Assembly: GCA_030390025.1 (NCBI GenBank)
Contig: CM059431.1
Coordinates: 99,202,001-99,266,000, forward strand
Source: Squalus acanthias
Lineage: Eukaryota
DNA length: 64,000 nucleotides
Reading direction: 5' to 3'
The translations under genes were made by a program, and so were the position numbers. The notes under the pieces are model-generated. The model saw nothing but the letters and a program-made list of their open reading frames with translations. It made no database searches and was not told the DNA's origin. Of this stretch, positions 50,767-63,890 are shown in pieces (the first letter of the stretch is position 1; every line of letters begins with the position of its first letter).

Positions 50767-53433
50767 ATGTATGGAGAGGACAGACATTTAGCATCGGCTA
50801 ATCTTATTTGCTTAAGTTACCCAATCTCAGCTGTATCACCGAGGGGAAGCAGCAGTGGATCAGACCCAGGAGCAAGGTCACGTGCCTGCTCTCTCAGCTG
50901 TGTGCAAACCAAAGAGGGAGTAAATCGCAGTTGTTGCCGTGGCTCTCTGGAATCCCGTAGCACAAGCAACCTCTGCCTATTCCACACCAGCTTCAAAGAG
51001 AAGCAATTCGGAGAGTGCATTGAGTGCGTGCGGCGGGGGAGGTTGTGCTTCTGGCTTTACCAAGGGGTAAAAATCCCAGCGGGTCTCACTTATCTTGGTG
51101 TAATAATGTGACTCATTTGGATGTACGACCCTCTTAAAAAAAAAAATAAAGACAGCTCCAATTTGTTTCAACGGGTCTCCAATCTGCCTCTCGACCATGA
51201 TTCTCAGTAACTTCCCCCCCGGTGTTGACAGCTCTCTACAAGAATATGCACACAATTGTAAAATAACACATCGCATCATAACTGCACCTCCTAACTGCAG
51301 CACGCAATGTTTTTTCCATTTGCTACACCAGCCACTCTGTGGCTTGAGTGAGATTTGCCAGCTTGCGGCTAGTTAGCAACAGTGGGCGGCGCCCAGTCGA
51401 GGCTGCTCAATCTTCGTTTCCCTTTACAGAGACTTTCCTTCCACTATAGGCTGGCCTGGGTTTTGGACCCAGGTCCCAGAGGTTTCAAGCCCACGTCCCA
51501 TCCAATCTCCCCGCCAGTAGATTTACAAAAAGCGACGAAATCACAAGATTTCGAGGGGCATTGTCACGTATTTCTGGGCGTGGTAGTGAAGTGGTAACAG
51601 TCCTGGCCTAGCAATGCAGGGGTTCAAATCCCACCATCTCTAGTTGTGAAGATCGAATTCGATAAATCTGGTAAATGAATGACTGGTTAGTACCAGAGAA
51701 GTGACTGTGAAAGCTGCTACATTGGAGTAAAAACCCAACTGCTTAGAATCAAAGAATCTTATAGAACAGAAGCAGGCCATTCGGCCCATCGTGCCTGCGC
51801 TGGCTCTTTGAAAGAGCTGTCCAATTAGTCCCCACTCTCCAGCCTTTTCCCCATAACCCTGCAAAATAGTCTTCTTCAAGTAAAGAAAGAACTTGCTTTT
51901 ATATAGCGCCTTTCACGACCTCAGGACATCCCAAAGCGCTTTACAGCCAATGAAACACTTTTCTGAAGGGCAGTCACTGTTGCAATGTAGGAAAAGCGAC
52001 AGCCAATTTGCGCACAGCAAGCTCCCACAAACAGCAATGTGATAATGACCAAATAATCTGGGTTTTTTTTTTAAGTAGTGTTGGTTAAGGGATGACTATT
52101 GGCCAGGACACCGGGGAGAACTCCCCTGCTCTTCTTTGAAATAGTGCCGCGGGATCTTTTACAGCCACCAAGAAGGGAGACGGGGGCCTTGGTTTAAGGT
52201 CTCATCCGAAAAACGGCACCTCCGACAGTGCAGCACTCTCTCAGCACTGCACTGGAGTGTCAATCTAGACATAAGTGCATGTCCAGCTGCCTTTTGAAAG
52301 TTCCTATGGAATCTGATTTCACTGCCCTTTCAGGCATTGTGTTCCAGATCATAACAACCCTGTGTGTGGAAAAAAATTCTCATTTCCCCTCTAGGATTTT
52401 TGCCAATTATTTTATATCTATGGCCTCTGGATACCGACTCACTTGGTTCATCAACTTCCTTCAGGGAAGGGAACCTGCCACCCTCTCACCAGTCCGGCCT
52501 ACAAGTGACTCCAGTCCCATGCAACATGCTTGATGGTTAAAACCTTTGCAGTGGCCTAGTAAGCCACTCAGTTGTAACACAATTGGTTCAAGAAGATAGC
52601 ACAGTGCCACCTTCACTGCCCAACAAATGCTGTCTTCATAGAATCATAGAAACTTACAGCACAGAAGGAGGCCATTTGGCCCATCGTGTCTGGGATGGCT
52701 CTTTGAAAGAGCAGTCATGCTTAGTCCCACATCCCCGCTTTTTGTCCGTAACCCTGTCAGTTCCTCCTCCTCGAGTACCTGTCCAACTCCCTTTTAAAGT
52801 TATTGATGGAATCAGCTTCCACCAGCTATTCAGGGAGAGCGTTCCAGATCCCCACAACTGAGGGTGAAAACATTTCTCTTCATCTCTCCTCTAGATCTTT
52901 TGCCAATGATTTTAAATCGATGACTCTGGTTATTGACCCACTCGCCAGAGGGAATAGTTTTTCTCCATCTACTCTATCAAAATCTATCTCGATAACTTTA
53001 AAAAAAATGTCTGTTGTTAAATCACACATTTCCGCACAATTTTCTCGAGTTATGAACCAGATTGAAGATTTAATTATGGTAAGACCACTGACTGTGGCAG
53101 TTTCACAAGTCACGGGTGTCCCAAGCAGGTTTGGGATGTAACCCATGGACTACAAATTACTCTGTACTTGTGCAATGGCAGCCTGAACACCATGACAAAT
53201 CTATATCCAGGTGTAGTGTTTATTGCAAAGACTGGGCTTGGAGTTGGGAGTCAATGGATGAGATTCAAATAGATTGGTCCCACAGCATCTTCATTACCCC
53301 AAAATGCAGTTCAGGTGTTTTTGTAAAAACTACGCAACTGACTTTCAATGGTAAGATAAACCTTGCATCGGTATATTATCTGTGAAAATATACGCAGTAA
53401 ATCATCCTTCCCAGCAAGTTAGAATGCACTCAC

Positions 53434-53535
53434 CATGTTTTGGGCTTAGGATAGGAAAAGGATCTCCAAGTTTCCAGAAAAAGTACATGAATGTCAGCCA
53501 AACGACACAGGCAAATAGGAATCTCTTTCGCTGCA
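53434..53535 (-). CDS. GPR89: GPR89 exon 5 (QRKRFLFACVVWLTFMYFFWKLGDPFPILSPKH)
   Basis: TAG acceptor, GTGAGT donor, 102 nt; WKLGDPFP motif. Confidence 0.96.
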
Positions 53536-54608
53536 CTAAAGAAAATACACAGGTTAACACCATAGAATCATCGAATGATACAGCACAGAAGGAGGCCATT
53601 TGGCCCATCGTGCCTGTGCCGGCTCTTTGAAAGAGCTCTCCAATTAGTCCTCCCCAGAGCCCTGCAAATTTTTCCTCTTCAAGTATTTATCCAATTCCCT
53701 TTTGAAAGTTACTATTGAATCTGCTTCCACCACCCTTTCAGGTAATGCATTCCAGATCATCATAACTCGCTGCGTAAAACTTTTTTCTCCTCATCTTGCC
53801 TCTGGTTCTTTTGCCAATCTGTGTCCTCTGGTTACCGACCCTCCTGCCACTAGAAACATTTTCGCCTTATTTAGTCAATCAAAACCCCTCATGATTTTGA
53901 ACCTCTTTATTAAATCTCCCCTTAACCTTCTCTGCTCCAAGGAGAGCAACCCCAGCTTCTCCAGTCTCTCCATGTAGCTGTCAATAGGGTCTACAAACAT
54001 GGCCAATATGGATTGCCACTCTACTATAGATTCGGATTTGCTAATGAAACACCTTCATTACTAATTTGAACAAAATAGTCCCAAAACCTTTACTAGCAAG
54101 AACCTTACAAAATAGCCCAACGCAAGCAAGCAAGATCATGATTTTATAGAGGGATAAATACCACGCCTTCTCTGATTTTGCTAGGGGCTGGTTCTAAATT
54201 TTATTCTATGGACAATTCAACTAATTGACCATAATATAAAACTAACAAAACACAAGCTATAGATATCATTTATTACCACACACAACACAGGGTAACTATC
54301 AACTGTTGGCTAGCAGCCAAGAATGAGTAGCAAAAGAATCAAACATGTAAAATGGAAAGTTACCAAACCAAATGTCCAGGCCTCTTGATAGATCCAAATG
54401 GACAAGTGATTGGAATATTAATTTTGAATTCAGGATTTGACTGACTTACACTTTGGCACCTTTACTGATCAGAGTTTGAGAGATTTATTTCAGCACCTTC
54501 TGAAACAAAATTATAGCTTAACTCATTTCAGAACATACAAATTAAATACTTTTTAATATATGCATTGTAGTATTATCTCAGGTACATGATATGGTTGCAA
54601 TTACTTAC

Positions 54609-54715
54609 ACAGTCGAATGTTGCTGACCACGAAATAGCCAATGTAGAAAGGGACAATAAAAATAAGTGACACAAGGGTGACGTATAGATTCAACTTCCAA
54701 TGGAAATATCTGGAA
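54609..54715 (-). CDS. GPR89: GPR89 exon 4 (SRYFHWKLNLYVTLVSLIFIVPFYIGYFVVSNIRL)
   Basis: CAG acceptor, GTAAGT donor, 107 nt, phase consistent with neighbours. Confidence 0.96.
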
Positions 54716-54896
54716 CTGGAACAAGACAAAAATTAGATGCCATTAAAATTCCTGTATGTCCAAAGCGCTGGCCGTAAGTAGACTTATTCATGAATGTTAA
54801 GTATCACACTGCTTATGCTCGTGTTTTTACGCTAAATATCCTCCTCAGTTTCTGCATAAATAACCACCCCCAGAAGTGACATTTGGGCTCCTTATT

Positions 54897-55260
54897 CACC
54901 AGAGTGCATTTCTATCTGCCCAATATGACCCAGAGAGTGTGTCTCTATCTGCCCAATATGACCCAGAGTGTGTCTCTATCTGCCCAATATGACCCAGAGT
55001 GTGTCTCTATATCCCAATATGACCCAGAGTGCGTCTCTATATCCCAATATGACCCAGAGTGCGTCTCTATATCCCAATATGACCCAGAGTGTGTCTCTAT
55101 ATCCCAATATGACCCAGAGTGTGTCTCTATATCCCAATATGACCCAGAGTGTGTCTCTATATCCCAATGTGACCCAGAGTGTGTCTCTATGTCCCAGTAT
55201 GACCCAGATTGTTCTTTTATATCCCAATATGACCCAGATTGTGTCTTTATCTGCCCAATA
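54897..55260. repeat. 30-31-bp minisatellite (GACCCAGAGTGTGTCTCTATATCCCAATAT)n, about 12 units
   Basis: Direct tandem units visible in the sequence. Confidence 0.92.
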
Positions 55261-56566
55261 TCTAGGCTAATGTAGCGAGACCCAGGGATCGAACAGGGAA
55301 CCCTTGCCACTGTACACCGGTTTACTGGATCACGTGCAGTCATGTGATCGCATCCTCTTCAGTAGAAATTGTGAGGCTCAGATGAGAAACCAACAGACCT
55401 GGGTTCAAGTCCCTGAAATCCAGCCCAGACTGCTGGGAGGAACGTCTCTTCTGTTTGTTGTAAGGGTCATAAACAGAATGGTTTTGGGCAATCCCAATCC
55501 TAGCACAAAGCTGCCCCAAATTCAGAAATCTCACTCAAAGGGTTCACAAGATGACTGAAATTCAATATATGCAACATCACCACATTCCCTTTATCTATAC
55601 ACTCCTCAAAACGGCTTCCTCAAAATACCAGTCAAGTGTGACCTGTGTAATCCATGCTGACTAACCCCGACTAATATCTTTCCAAATAACTTGAAGTTAA
55701 CCGCAACTGAAACAAGGTCAACTGGCTTTGTTTTGTACCTTATCTGTTCCTCATTTCTGGAGTGTAACATTTGCCACCTTCATGTCCTAATAATATTAAA
55801 ACTAGAGCTGTGCCTTTCAGGAGTAAAATCAAGACCTATTCACAGAAAGGGTAGTGGAAATCTGGGACTCGCTCCCCCAAAAAACAATTACAATTTTAAA
55901 GACTGCGATCGATAGATTTTTGTTGGGTAAGAGCATCAAGGGATATGGCGCAAAGGCGGGTAAAATGGAGTTGAGATACAGATCAGCCATGATTTAATTG
56001 AATGGCGGACAGGCTCTAGGGGCTGAATGGCCTCCTCCGGTTCCTATGTTTGGCACAGCTCCTGGTTAGTGGCTTTGCTATCTCTTCTCCCAACTTCCTT
56101 TAGTATTCCATGATGCAAACCATCTGGGATTGCTAACTTTTCTACTTGTCCCTCTTCTACCTTCTAGTTTCCTTTATCTTCAGATCTATTAAAAGGGAGT
56201 CGTTTTTACTCCCGCTCTCTAAAGTATTTTAACATAACCACTAGGGATTCGTCTCACCTGTTTAAAAAAGGAGCATTTAAATCCCCATGCCTCAGAACTA
56301 CAACTGAAATCAAACTGAATGACTATAAATGGCAATTAAAACCACAATAGAAAACAAAATAACCAGTGGCAATGTGCGGACTGGAGTTTCATTGAAATCT
56401 CTGTCCAGGTTATTGTGAAAATGAACACTCATTAAAAATGTAAATAAGTACACCATAAAAGTGATAGATTTAAGACCGCGCTGTTAGAAAAGGACAAGTA
56501 CAAGCTCTGCAATACCATTAGTTTAAGATCACTTGGGCCAAAATGATAGCATACTGTTGGTTTAAT

Positions 56567-57030
56567 GTGTCAGCTGTGGCTCAGTGGGTCGCACTCTCGC
56601 CTCGGAATCAGAAGGTTGTGGGTTCAAGTTCCACTCCAGAGACTTGAGCACATAATCTAGGCTGACACTCCCAGTGCAGTACTGAGGGAGTGCTGCACTG
56701 TCGGAGGTGCCAACTTTCAGATGAGACGTTAAACCGAGGCCCCACCTGCTCTCTCAGGTGGATGTTATAGATCCCATGGCACTATTCGAAGAAGAGCAAG
56801 GGAGTTATCCCCAGTGTCCTGGCCAATATTTATCCCTCAATCAACATCTAAAATAGATGATCTGGTCATTATCACATTGCTTTATGGGACCTTGCTGTAT
56901 GCAAATTGGCTGCTGCGTTTCCCTACATTACAACAGTGACTACACTTCAAAAGAACTTGACTGGCTGTAAAGCGCTTTGAGATGTCCAGAGGTCATAAAA
57001 TCCACTATCTAAATGCCAATTCATTGTTTT
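56567..57030 (+). mobile_element. Full-length tRNA-derived Deu-domain SINE (SacSINE1/AmnSINE1-like); other copies at about 37860-38325 (+), 59915-60337 (-), partial at 5575-5730, 28395-28590, 44540-44770, 51885-52270
   Basis: A box TGGCTCAGTGG, B box GGTTCAAGT, central domain recognised from memory as Deu domain, L2-like 3' tail. Confidence 0.8.
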
Positions 57031-57237
57031 TCTATAAATAAGAGTTAGGTAAGGAATTTATTTTGGAAATGCTGTACTGATGAAGTAACAACAATACAAT
57101 TAATTCCAATTAACTCAAGAAAAACCCGACGACCTTCATGTACAATTGCAAAAGCATAGAAAGGATGTTCTTGGGCTGACCGACAGGAGGTGCGTCCCTA
57201 CACAATCCTCAAATGTTGATAAGGAATACACACTCAC

Positions 57238-57341
57238 CTGCTGTTTAAAAGACCCAGAATCTCAAAGATGATGAGTTCAAACATAGTGCAGGAGAAAGCA
57301 AACATCACGGAGAAAACCATTTGGACAACATACTGTCGGAC
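57238..57341 (-). CDS. GPR89: GPR89 exon 3 (VRQYVVQMVFSVMFAFSCTMFELIIFEILGLLNSS)
   Basis: CAG acceptor, GTGAGT donor, 104 nt. Confidence 0.96.
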
Positions 57342-58132
57342 CTGCATCAAAGAAGAAAAACAGCGTCTCGCACAGTGTAGGACAATTGGCTCCAGCTGCC
57401 AGCAGTATAGACATGAGCGAAGCTGCTATTCTCGGGAGGAGAGTATTAAAAAGCAAGTCATGCAGTGTAAAGCCGATAATTGTTGCTGGTAGCAGGAAGA
57501 GAAGGCAATGTGCTCCATCACAAATGCATTTACATAGAATTTACAGCACAGAAACGAACCATTTGGCCCAACAGCATTTATGCTCCACACGAGCCTCCTC
57601 CTACCTTACTTCACCCTATCATCATAACATCCATTCTTGGGATGTGGGTGTCGCTGGCAAGGCCGGCTTTTATTGCCCATCCCAAGTTGACCTTAGCCAA
57701 GTGACTTGCTGGGCCAATTCAGAAGGTAGTTAAGAGTCAACCACATTGGTGTAGGACTGGAGTCACATATCGGCCAGACCAGGTAAGGAGAGCAGGTTTC
57801 CTTCCCTGAAGGACATTAGTGAACATTTGTTTAATGGATTGCTGGCAGTATTACAATGAGAAAACCTAGGCCTGCATGACAAAGATTTCTCTCGCACAGT
57901 ATGATCTGCATGTGTAATCTGATGAAGAAAACGTTTACACTGGGATTATTTACTTTTTTGGGGGGGGCGAAGAGGGAGAAAGACAGGGTACTATATTTAT
58001 TAAATATTAATTTAGTTTCTGAACAGCCCCAGCCTGTTCAATCTTCCCTGATAGTTATAACCTCTCAGTTCTGGTATAATCCTTGTAAATCGTTTTTGCA
58101 CCTTCTCTAGTGCCTCTATATCCTTTATGTAA

Positions 58133-58290
58133 TATGGAGACCAGAACTGTGCACAGTGTTACAAGTGTGGTCTAACCAAGGTATATGGCGACCAGAACTG
58201 TGCACAGTGTTACAAGTGTGGTCTAACCAAGGTATATGGAGACCAGAACTGTGCACAGTACTTGTAGTGTGGTCTAACCAAGGTTCTATA
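58133..58290. repeat. Triplication of an about 51-bp unit within a CR1 fragment
   Basis: GACCAGAACTGTGCACAGT...GTGTGGTCTAACCAAGG repeated three times. Confidence 0.8.
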
Positions 58291-58646
58291 TGTTCAACAT
58301 ATCTTCCCTGCTTTTCCCACATTACAACATTCCAAAAGTACTCCATTGGCTGTAAAGCGCTTTGAGACGTCCGGTGGTCGTGAAAGGCACTATATAAATG
58401 CAAGTCTTTCTTTTTTTTCAATTCTATCACTCTAGAGTACAAAGAAAAGAGAATTAAAAAACCTGAATGTCTACACTCAAAATCGCAAAGAAATTCAAAC
58501 AAGGTACAACTAACTTAAAAAAGATTATTTTAAGGAGCATATTGTATCCAATAACAACCCAAGCCATAATGAACCTTGTTTTGGATACTTGTCCCACGGA
58601 CAATAGCAATCCCATCGAGTTGACTTTGTAGTAATTAGAAATTTAC

Positions 58647-58706
58647 CTCATAATCCTTGAATAACTGACGCATAAAGAAAAGCCACCCGAATCCAAAAAA
58701 CAGGAC
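58647..58706 (-). CDS. GPR89: GPR89 exon 2 (VLFFGFGWLFFMRQLFKDYE)
   Basis: CAG acceptor, GTAAAT donor, 60 nt, in frame. Confidence 0.96.
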
Positions 58707-61019
58707 CTGCAAAAGACAAAAAACGTCAATATCCCAAACAAATTGGAGTTGCAGCATTCATATACGTAGGACTGGAATTGTCCAATGATTTGAAGTCTCA
58801 GACTAGCACAATACAACAACCTGCATTTATACAGCGCCTTTAACATAGTAAAATGTCCCAAGGCGCTTCACAGGAGCGTTATAAAACAAAATCTGACACT
58901 GAGTCACAAAGGAGATATTAGGACAGGCGACCAAAAGCTTGGTCAAAGAGGTAGGTGTTAAAGGAGAGTCTTAAAGGAGGAGAGGTAGAGGGGTTTAGGA
59001 GGGAATTCCAGAGTTTGGAACAGGACTTGGTGTGAGTTAGGATACGGGCAGCAGAGTTTTGGATGAGTTTAGGGAGGGTGAAAGGTGGGGAGGTCAGCCA
59101 GGAGGGCATTGGACTACTACAAAACCAAAGGATAATTAAGTCAACACGACCCCCGTAGCAGTTATATACTCTATAACCTGACAGTAAGTCTCTTTTAAAC
59201 CACTCAAAAATAATTTACATTTATATAGCACCTTTAACATAGTAAAATATCCCAAGGTGCTTCACAGGAGCGTTATCAAACAAAATTTGACACCAAGCCA
59301 CATAAAGAAATATTAGGACAGGTGTGGAGGTAGGTTTTAAGCAGCATTTTAAAGGAGGAGAGAGAGGTAGAGAGGCGACGAGGTTTAGGGAGCGAATTCC
59401 AGCACTTAGAGCCCAGGCAGCTGAAGGCACGGCCGCCAATGGTGGAGCGATTAAAATCAGCGATGCACAAGAGGCCAGAATTAGAGCACAGATATCTTGG
59501 AGGGTTGTAGGAGTTTACAGAGGTAGGGAGGGGTGAGGCCATGGAGGTATTTGAACACAAGGATGAGAATTTTAAAATCGATTCGTTGGTGGACCGGGTG
59601 CCAACGTAGATCAGCGAGCACAGGGGTGATGGGCGAGCTCCAACTTTACACTCAAAACTTAGATGAACGGGACATCCCAGTAATGTAACGAATTTTTAAA
59701 AAATACACCACTTGGGGGTTTTGTTAAATGTGTTATTGTACAACACATTGGGACTACATCTAGGGCAGTAGAGAAATTAAATCCACCTCCCCAAAATATT
59801 GCTCCAATCAGTAATCCCGTTTGTTTGACCATCCTGGCATGGTAAGACATTACTCTGTCTGAGCTCGGGGTTTTAAAATCCTGTCAATTATAGGTGGCAG
59901 GGAAAAAATAAAAGACGCATTTCTATAGCATCTTTCACAACCACAGTAAAGTACTTTTGAAGTGCAGTCACTTCAAAATGACTTTGTAATGTAGGAAACA
60001 CAGCGAACAATTTTCACACAGCAAGCCCCCACAAACAGCAATGTGATAATGACCAGATAATCTGTTTTAGTGATGTTGGTTGAGGGATAAATATTGGCTC
60101 AGGACACCGGGGAGAACTTCCCTGCTCTTCTTCAAAATAGTGCATGGGATCTTTTACGTCCACCTGAGAGAGCAGACGGGGCTTCGGTTTAAGGTCTCAT
60201 CTGAAAGACGGCACCTCCGACAGTGCAGCGCTCCTTCAGTACTGCACTGGGAGTGTCAGCGTGGATTATGGGCTCAAGTCTCTGGCGTGGGACTTCTGAC
60301 TCAGAGGTGAGAATGCAACCACTGAGCCATGGCTGACACACACGCTGTTATTTTGGGTGACCGCCTTTGATCAGAGAGACACGTTCTCACTATTTCAGCG
60401 GTTCTCTCAAACACCCTGGCCGCTATGGTGCCGACAGAATCGCAGACACACACTTGCATGGCTTTAGAATCCATCATTGGATTGATTGCCCCCCTGCCTT
60501 TGCCTGTTAAAGACAAGGGGTTAGGTTGCGTGTGTTATCACAAGCTAAACACAAAGACACACAAGCCCAGCGCTGCGTCACTTTCCAGATCTACTCTCCT
60601 GAATCCTGGATTGAATGCTTTCACACTGGCACCTGACAGCTATGAATCCCGCTACTAGACAAGGCACTCTGGGCACTACGAGGGGACATTAAATGTGGAA
60701 CTCGCTACCACAGAGTGGTTGAGACAAATAGCATTGATGCATTTAAGGAGACGCTAGATAAGCACGAGGGAGAAAGGAATAGGTTATGCTAATAGGGTGA
60801 GATGAAGCTCACATGGACCCCATAAACACCTATTGGGCCGAATGGCCTGTTTCTGAGCTGAACATTCTGTATAATGTGCAAGTTCATTCTAATGGACAGA
60901 AAATCCTGCACGGCCAAATTACAAACATTCCAAGCCAAGAACCTCTTCAGCAAGAAATGCAAATTCGTAAAGTTCCCCTTGGGGTGGGGGCGAAGGTGAT
61001 GGGAGAGGGTTGAAGGGGG

Positions 61020-63075
61020 CGCGAGAGAGGTGATGGTGATGGGGGAGTGATGAGGGCAAGAGGTAGGGGGAGGAGGTGTAGGGGGGGGAGGAGGTGTAGG
61101 GGGGAGAAGAGTGGGGTGTGATGAGGGGAGGGGGTGGAGTGAGGGTGGAGGGGAGGGGTGGAGTGAGGGTGGAGGGGAGGGGTGGAGTGAGGGGTGGAGG
61201 GGAGGGGAGGGGTGGAGTGAGGGTGGAGGGGAGGGGTGGAGTGAGGGTGGAGGGGAGGGGTGGAGTGAGGGTGGAGGGGAGGGGTGGAGTGAGGGTGGAG
61301 GGGAGGGGTGGAGGGGAGGGGTGGGGGGAGGGGAGGGGTGGAGTGAGGGTGGAGGGGGGGGTGGAGTGAGGGTGGAGGGGAGGGGTGGAGTGAGGGTGGA
61401 GGGGAGGGGTGGAGTGAGGGTGGAGGGGAGGGGTGGAGTGAGGGTGGAGGGGAGGGGTGGAGTGAGGGTGGAGGGGAGGGGTGGAGTGAGGGTGGAGGGG
61501 AGGGGTGGAGTGAGGGTGGAGGGGAGGGGTGGAGTGAGGGTGGAGGGGAGGGGTGGAGTGAGGGTGGAGGGGAGGGGTGGAGTGGGTGGAGGGGAGGGGG
61601 GGGGGGTGGAGTGAGGGTGGAGGGGAGGGGTGGAGTGAGGGTGGAGGGGAGGGGTGGAGTGAGGGTGGAGGGGGAGGGGTGGAGTGAGGGTGGAGGGGCG
61701 GGGTGGAGTGAGGGTGGAGGGGAGGGGTGGAGTGAGGGTGGAGGGGAGGGTGGATAGTGAGGGTGGAGGGGAGGGGTGGAGTGAGGGTGGAGGGGAGGGG
61801 TGGAGTGAGGGGTGGAGGGGAGGGGTGGAGGGAGGGTGGTTGAGGGTGGAGGGAGGGGTGGAGGAGGGTGGAGGGGAGGGGTGGAGTGAGGGTGGAGGGG
61901 AGGGGTGGAGTGAGGGTGGAGGGGAGGGGTGGAGTGAGGGTGGAGGGGAGGGGTGGAGTGAGGGTGGAGGGGAGGGGTGGAGTGAGGGTGGAGGGGAGGG
62001 TGGAGGGGAGGGGTGGAGTGAGGGTGGAGGGGAGGGGTGGAGTGAGGGTGGAGGGGAGGGGTGGAAGTGAGGGTGGAGGGGTGGAGTGAGGGTGGAGGGG
62101 AGGGGTGGAGTGAGGGTGGAGGGGAGGGGTGGAGTGAGGGTGGAGGGGAGGGGTGGAGTGAGGGTGGAGGGGAGGGGTGGAGTGAGGGTGGAGGGGTGGA
62201 GTGAGGGTGGAGGGGTGGAGTGAGGGTGGAGGGGTGGAGTGAGGGTGGAGGGGTGGAGTGAGGGTGGAGGGGTGGAGTGAGGGTGGAGGGGTGGAGTGAG
62301 GGTGGAGGGGTGGAGGGGTGGAGTGAGGGTGGAGGGGTGGAGTGAGGGTGGAGGGGTGGAGTGGGGGTGGAGGTGGAGGGGTGGAGTGGGGGTGGAGGGG
62401 TGGGGAGGGAGGGGAGGGGTGGAGGGGAGGGGTGGAGGGGAGGGGGGGAGGGGAGGAGGGGAGGGGAGGGGGGGAGGAGGGGAGGGGAGGGGGGGAGGAG
62501 GGGAGGGGAGGGGGGGGAGGAGGGGAGGGGAGGGGGGGAGGAGGGGAGGGGAGGGGAGGGGGGGAGGGGAGGGGAGGGGAGGGGAGGGGGGGGGAGGGGA
62601 GGGGGGGGGGGAGGGGGGGGAGGGGAGGGGAGGGGAGGGGAGGGGGGGGGAGGGGAGGGGAGGGGAGGGGAGGGGAGGGAGGGGAGGGGAGGGGAGGGGG
62701 GGGAGGGATGGGGAGGGGAGGGGAGGGGAGGGGGGGGGGAGGGGAGGGGGGGGGGAGGGAGGGGAGGGGGGGGAGGGGAGGGGGGGGAGGGGGGGGGAGG
62801 GGAGGGGAGGGGGGGGGTGGAGTGAGGGTGGAGTGAGGGTGGAGGGGAGGGGGTGGAGTGAGGGTGGAGGGGAGGGGGTGGAGTGAGGGTGGAGGGGAGG
62901 AGGTGGAGGGGAGGGGGTGGAGGGGAGGGGGTGGGGAGGGGGTGGAGTGAGGGTGGAGGGGAGGGGGTGGAGTGAGGGTGGAGGGGAGGGGGTGGAGTGA
63001 GGGTGGAGGGGGTGGAGTGAGGGTGGAGGGGAGGGGGTGGAGTGGGGGCGGAGGGGGGGATTGGAGGGAGGGGGA
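61020..63075 (+). repeat. About 2-kb G-rich low-complexity array, mainly (GGAGTGAGGGTGGAGGGGAGGGGT)n and (GGGGA)n
   Basis: Directly visible; lies in GPR89 intron 1. Confidence 0.95.
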
Positions 63076-63134
63076 TGTATTGATGTGGGCTGAGGTTAGG
63101 GTGCGATGTGAGGGTGAGGACTGAGCTGAGCCGA

Positions 63135-63370
63135 GGTGACGATGCGGACTCTGGCCTTGAACTCTGAGGCTCCCGCCCGGCCCGGCCCGGCCCGACAGGC
63201 GGAGAGGACAGGCCCGGCCCGGGGGGTCCCGGGGTCCGCTCTCCGGCCTCACTGACCTGCGACGAGAACATGATGACCGAATCCACAAGGAACGACATGG
63301 CGCCGTCAACGTCATCAGCCCGCGACACACTGACCTCACAGCGCGACAGAACAGCACAAAACCATGGCAA
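63135..63370 (-). promoter_or_regulatory. Small CpG-rich region spanning GPR89 exon 1 and the probable transcription start
   Basis: Local CpG/GC enrichment around the start codon, between two low-complexity tracts. Confidence 0.5.
63257..63298 (-). CDS. GPR89: GPR89 coding exon 1 ([14 protein letters not shown])
   Basis: ATG in GCC-ATG context; translation matches the N-terminus of vertebrate GPR89 as I recall it; donor GTCAGT; 42 nt. Confidence 0.95.
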
Positions 63371-63372
63371 CC

Positions 63373-63890
63373 AGAGAGAGAGAGAGTGAGAGTGAGACAG
63401 ACAGTGATAGAGAGAGAGAGATAGACAGTGATAGAGGGAGAGAGAGAGAGAGAGAGAGAAGGAGTGATAGAGGGAGAGAGAGAGATAGAGAGAAGGAGTG
63501 ATAGAGAGAGAGAGTGATAGACAGACAGTGAGAGAGAGAGATAGAGAGTGATAGAGGAGAGAGAGAGAGAGGGAGAGAGAGAAGGAGTGATAGAGAGAGA
63601 GTGATAGAGAGAGAGAGAGACAGACAGTGATAGAGAGAGAGAGTGATAGAGAGGGAGACAGTGATAGAGAGAGAGAGGAGTGATAGATCAAGAGAGAGAG
63701 TGATGGGGAGAGAGAGAGTGATAGAGGGAGAGAGAGAGAGAGAGAGTGATAGAGAGAGAGTGAGAGTGATAGAGAGATAGAGGGAGAGTGATAGAGGGAA
63801 AATGAGAGAGAGAGAGTGATAGAGAAAGAGAGAGTGATAGAGGGAGACAGAAAGAGAATGAGTGATAGAGTGAGTGATAGAGGGAGAGTA
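63373..63890 (+). repeat. GA-rich microsatellite with GTGATA interruptions, upstream of exon 1
   Basis: Directly visible; followed by a CR1 3' end (minus strand) at about 63895-64000. Confidence 0.92.

Noticed and set aside
56567..56640. Apparent tRNA genes (also at about 24846, 37860, 51580, 60300)
   Set aside because: A and B boxes are present but they are SINE heads continuing into SINE bodies.
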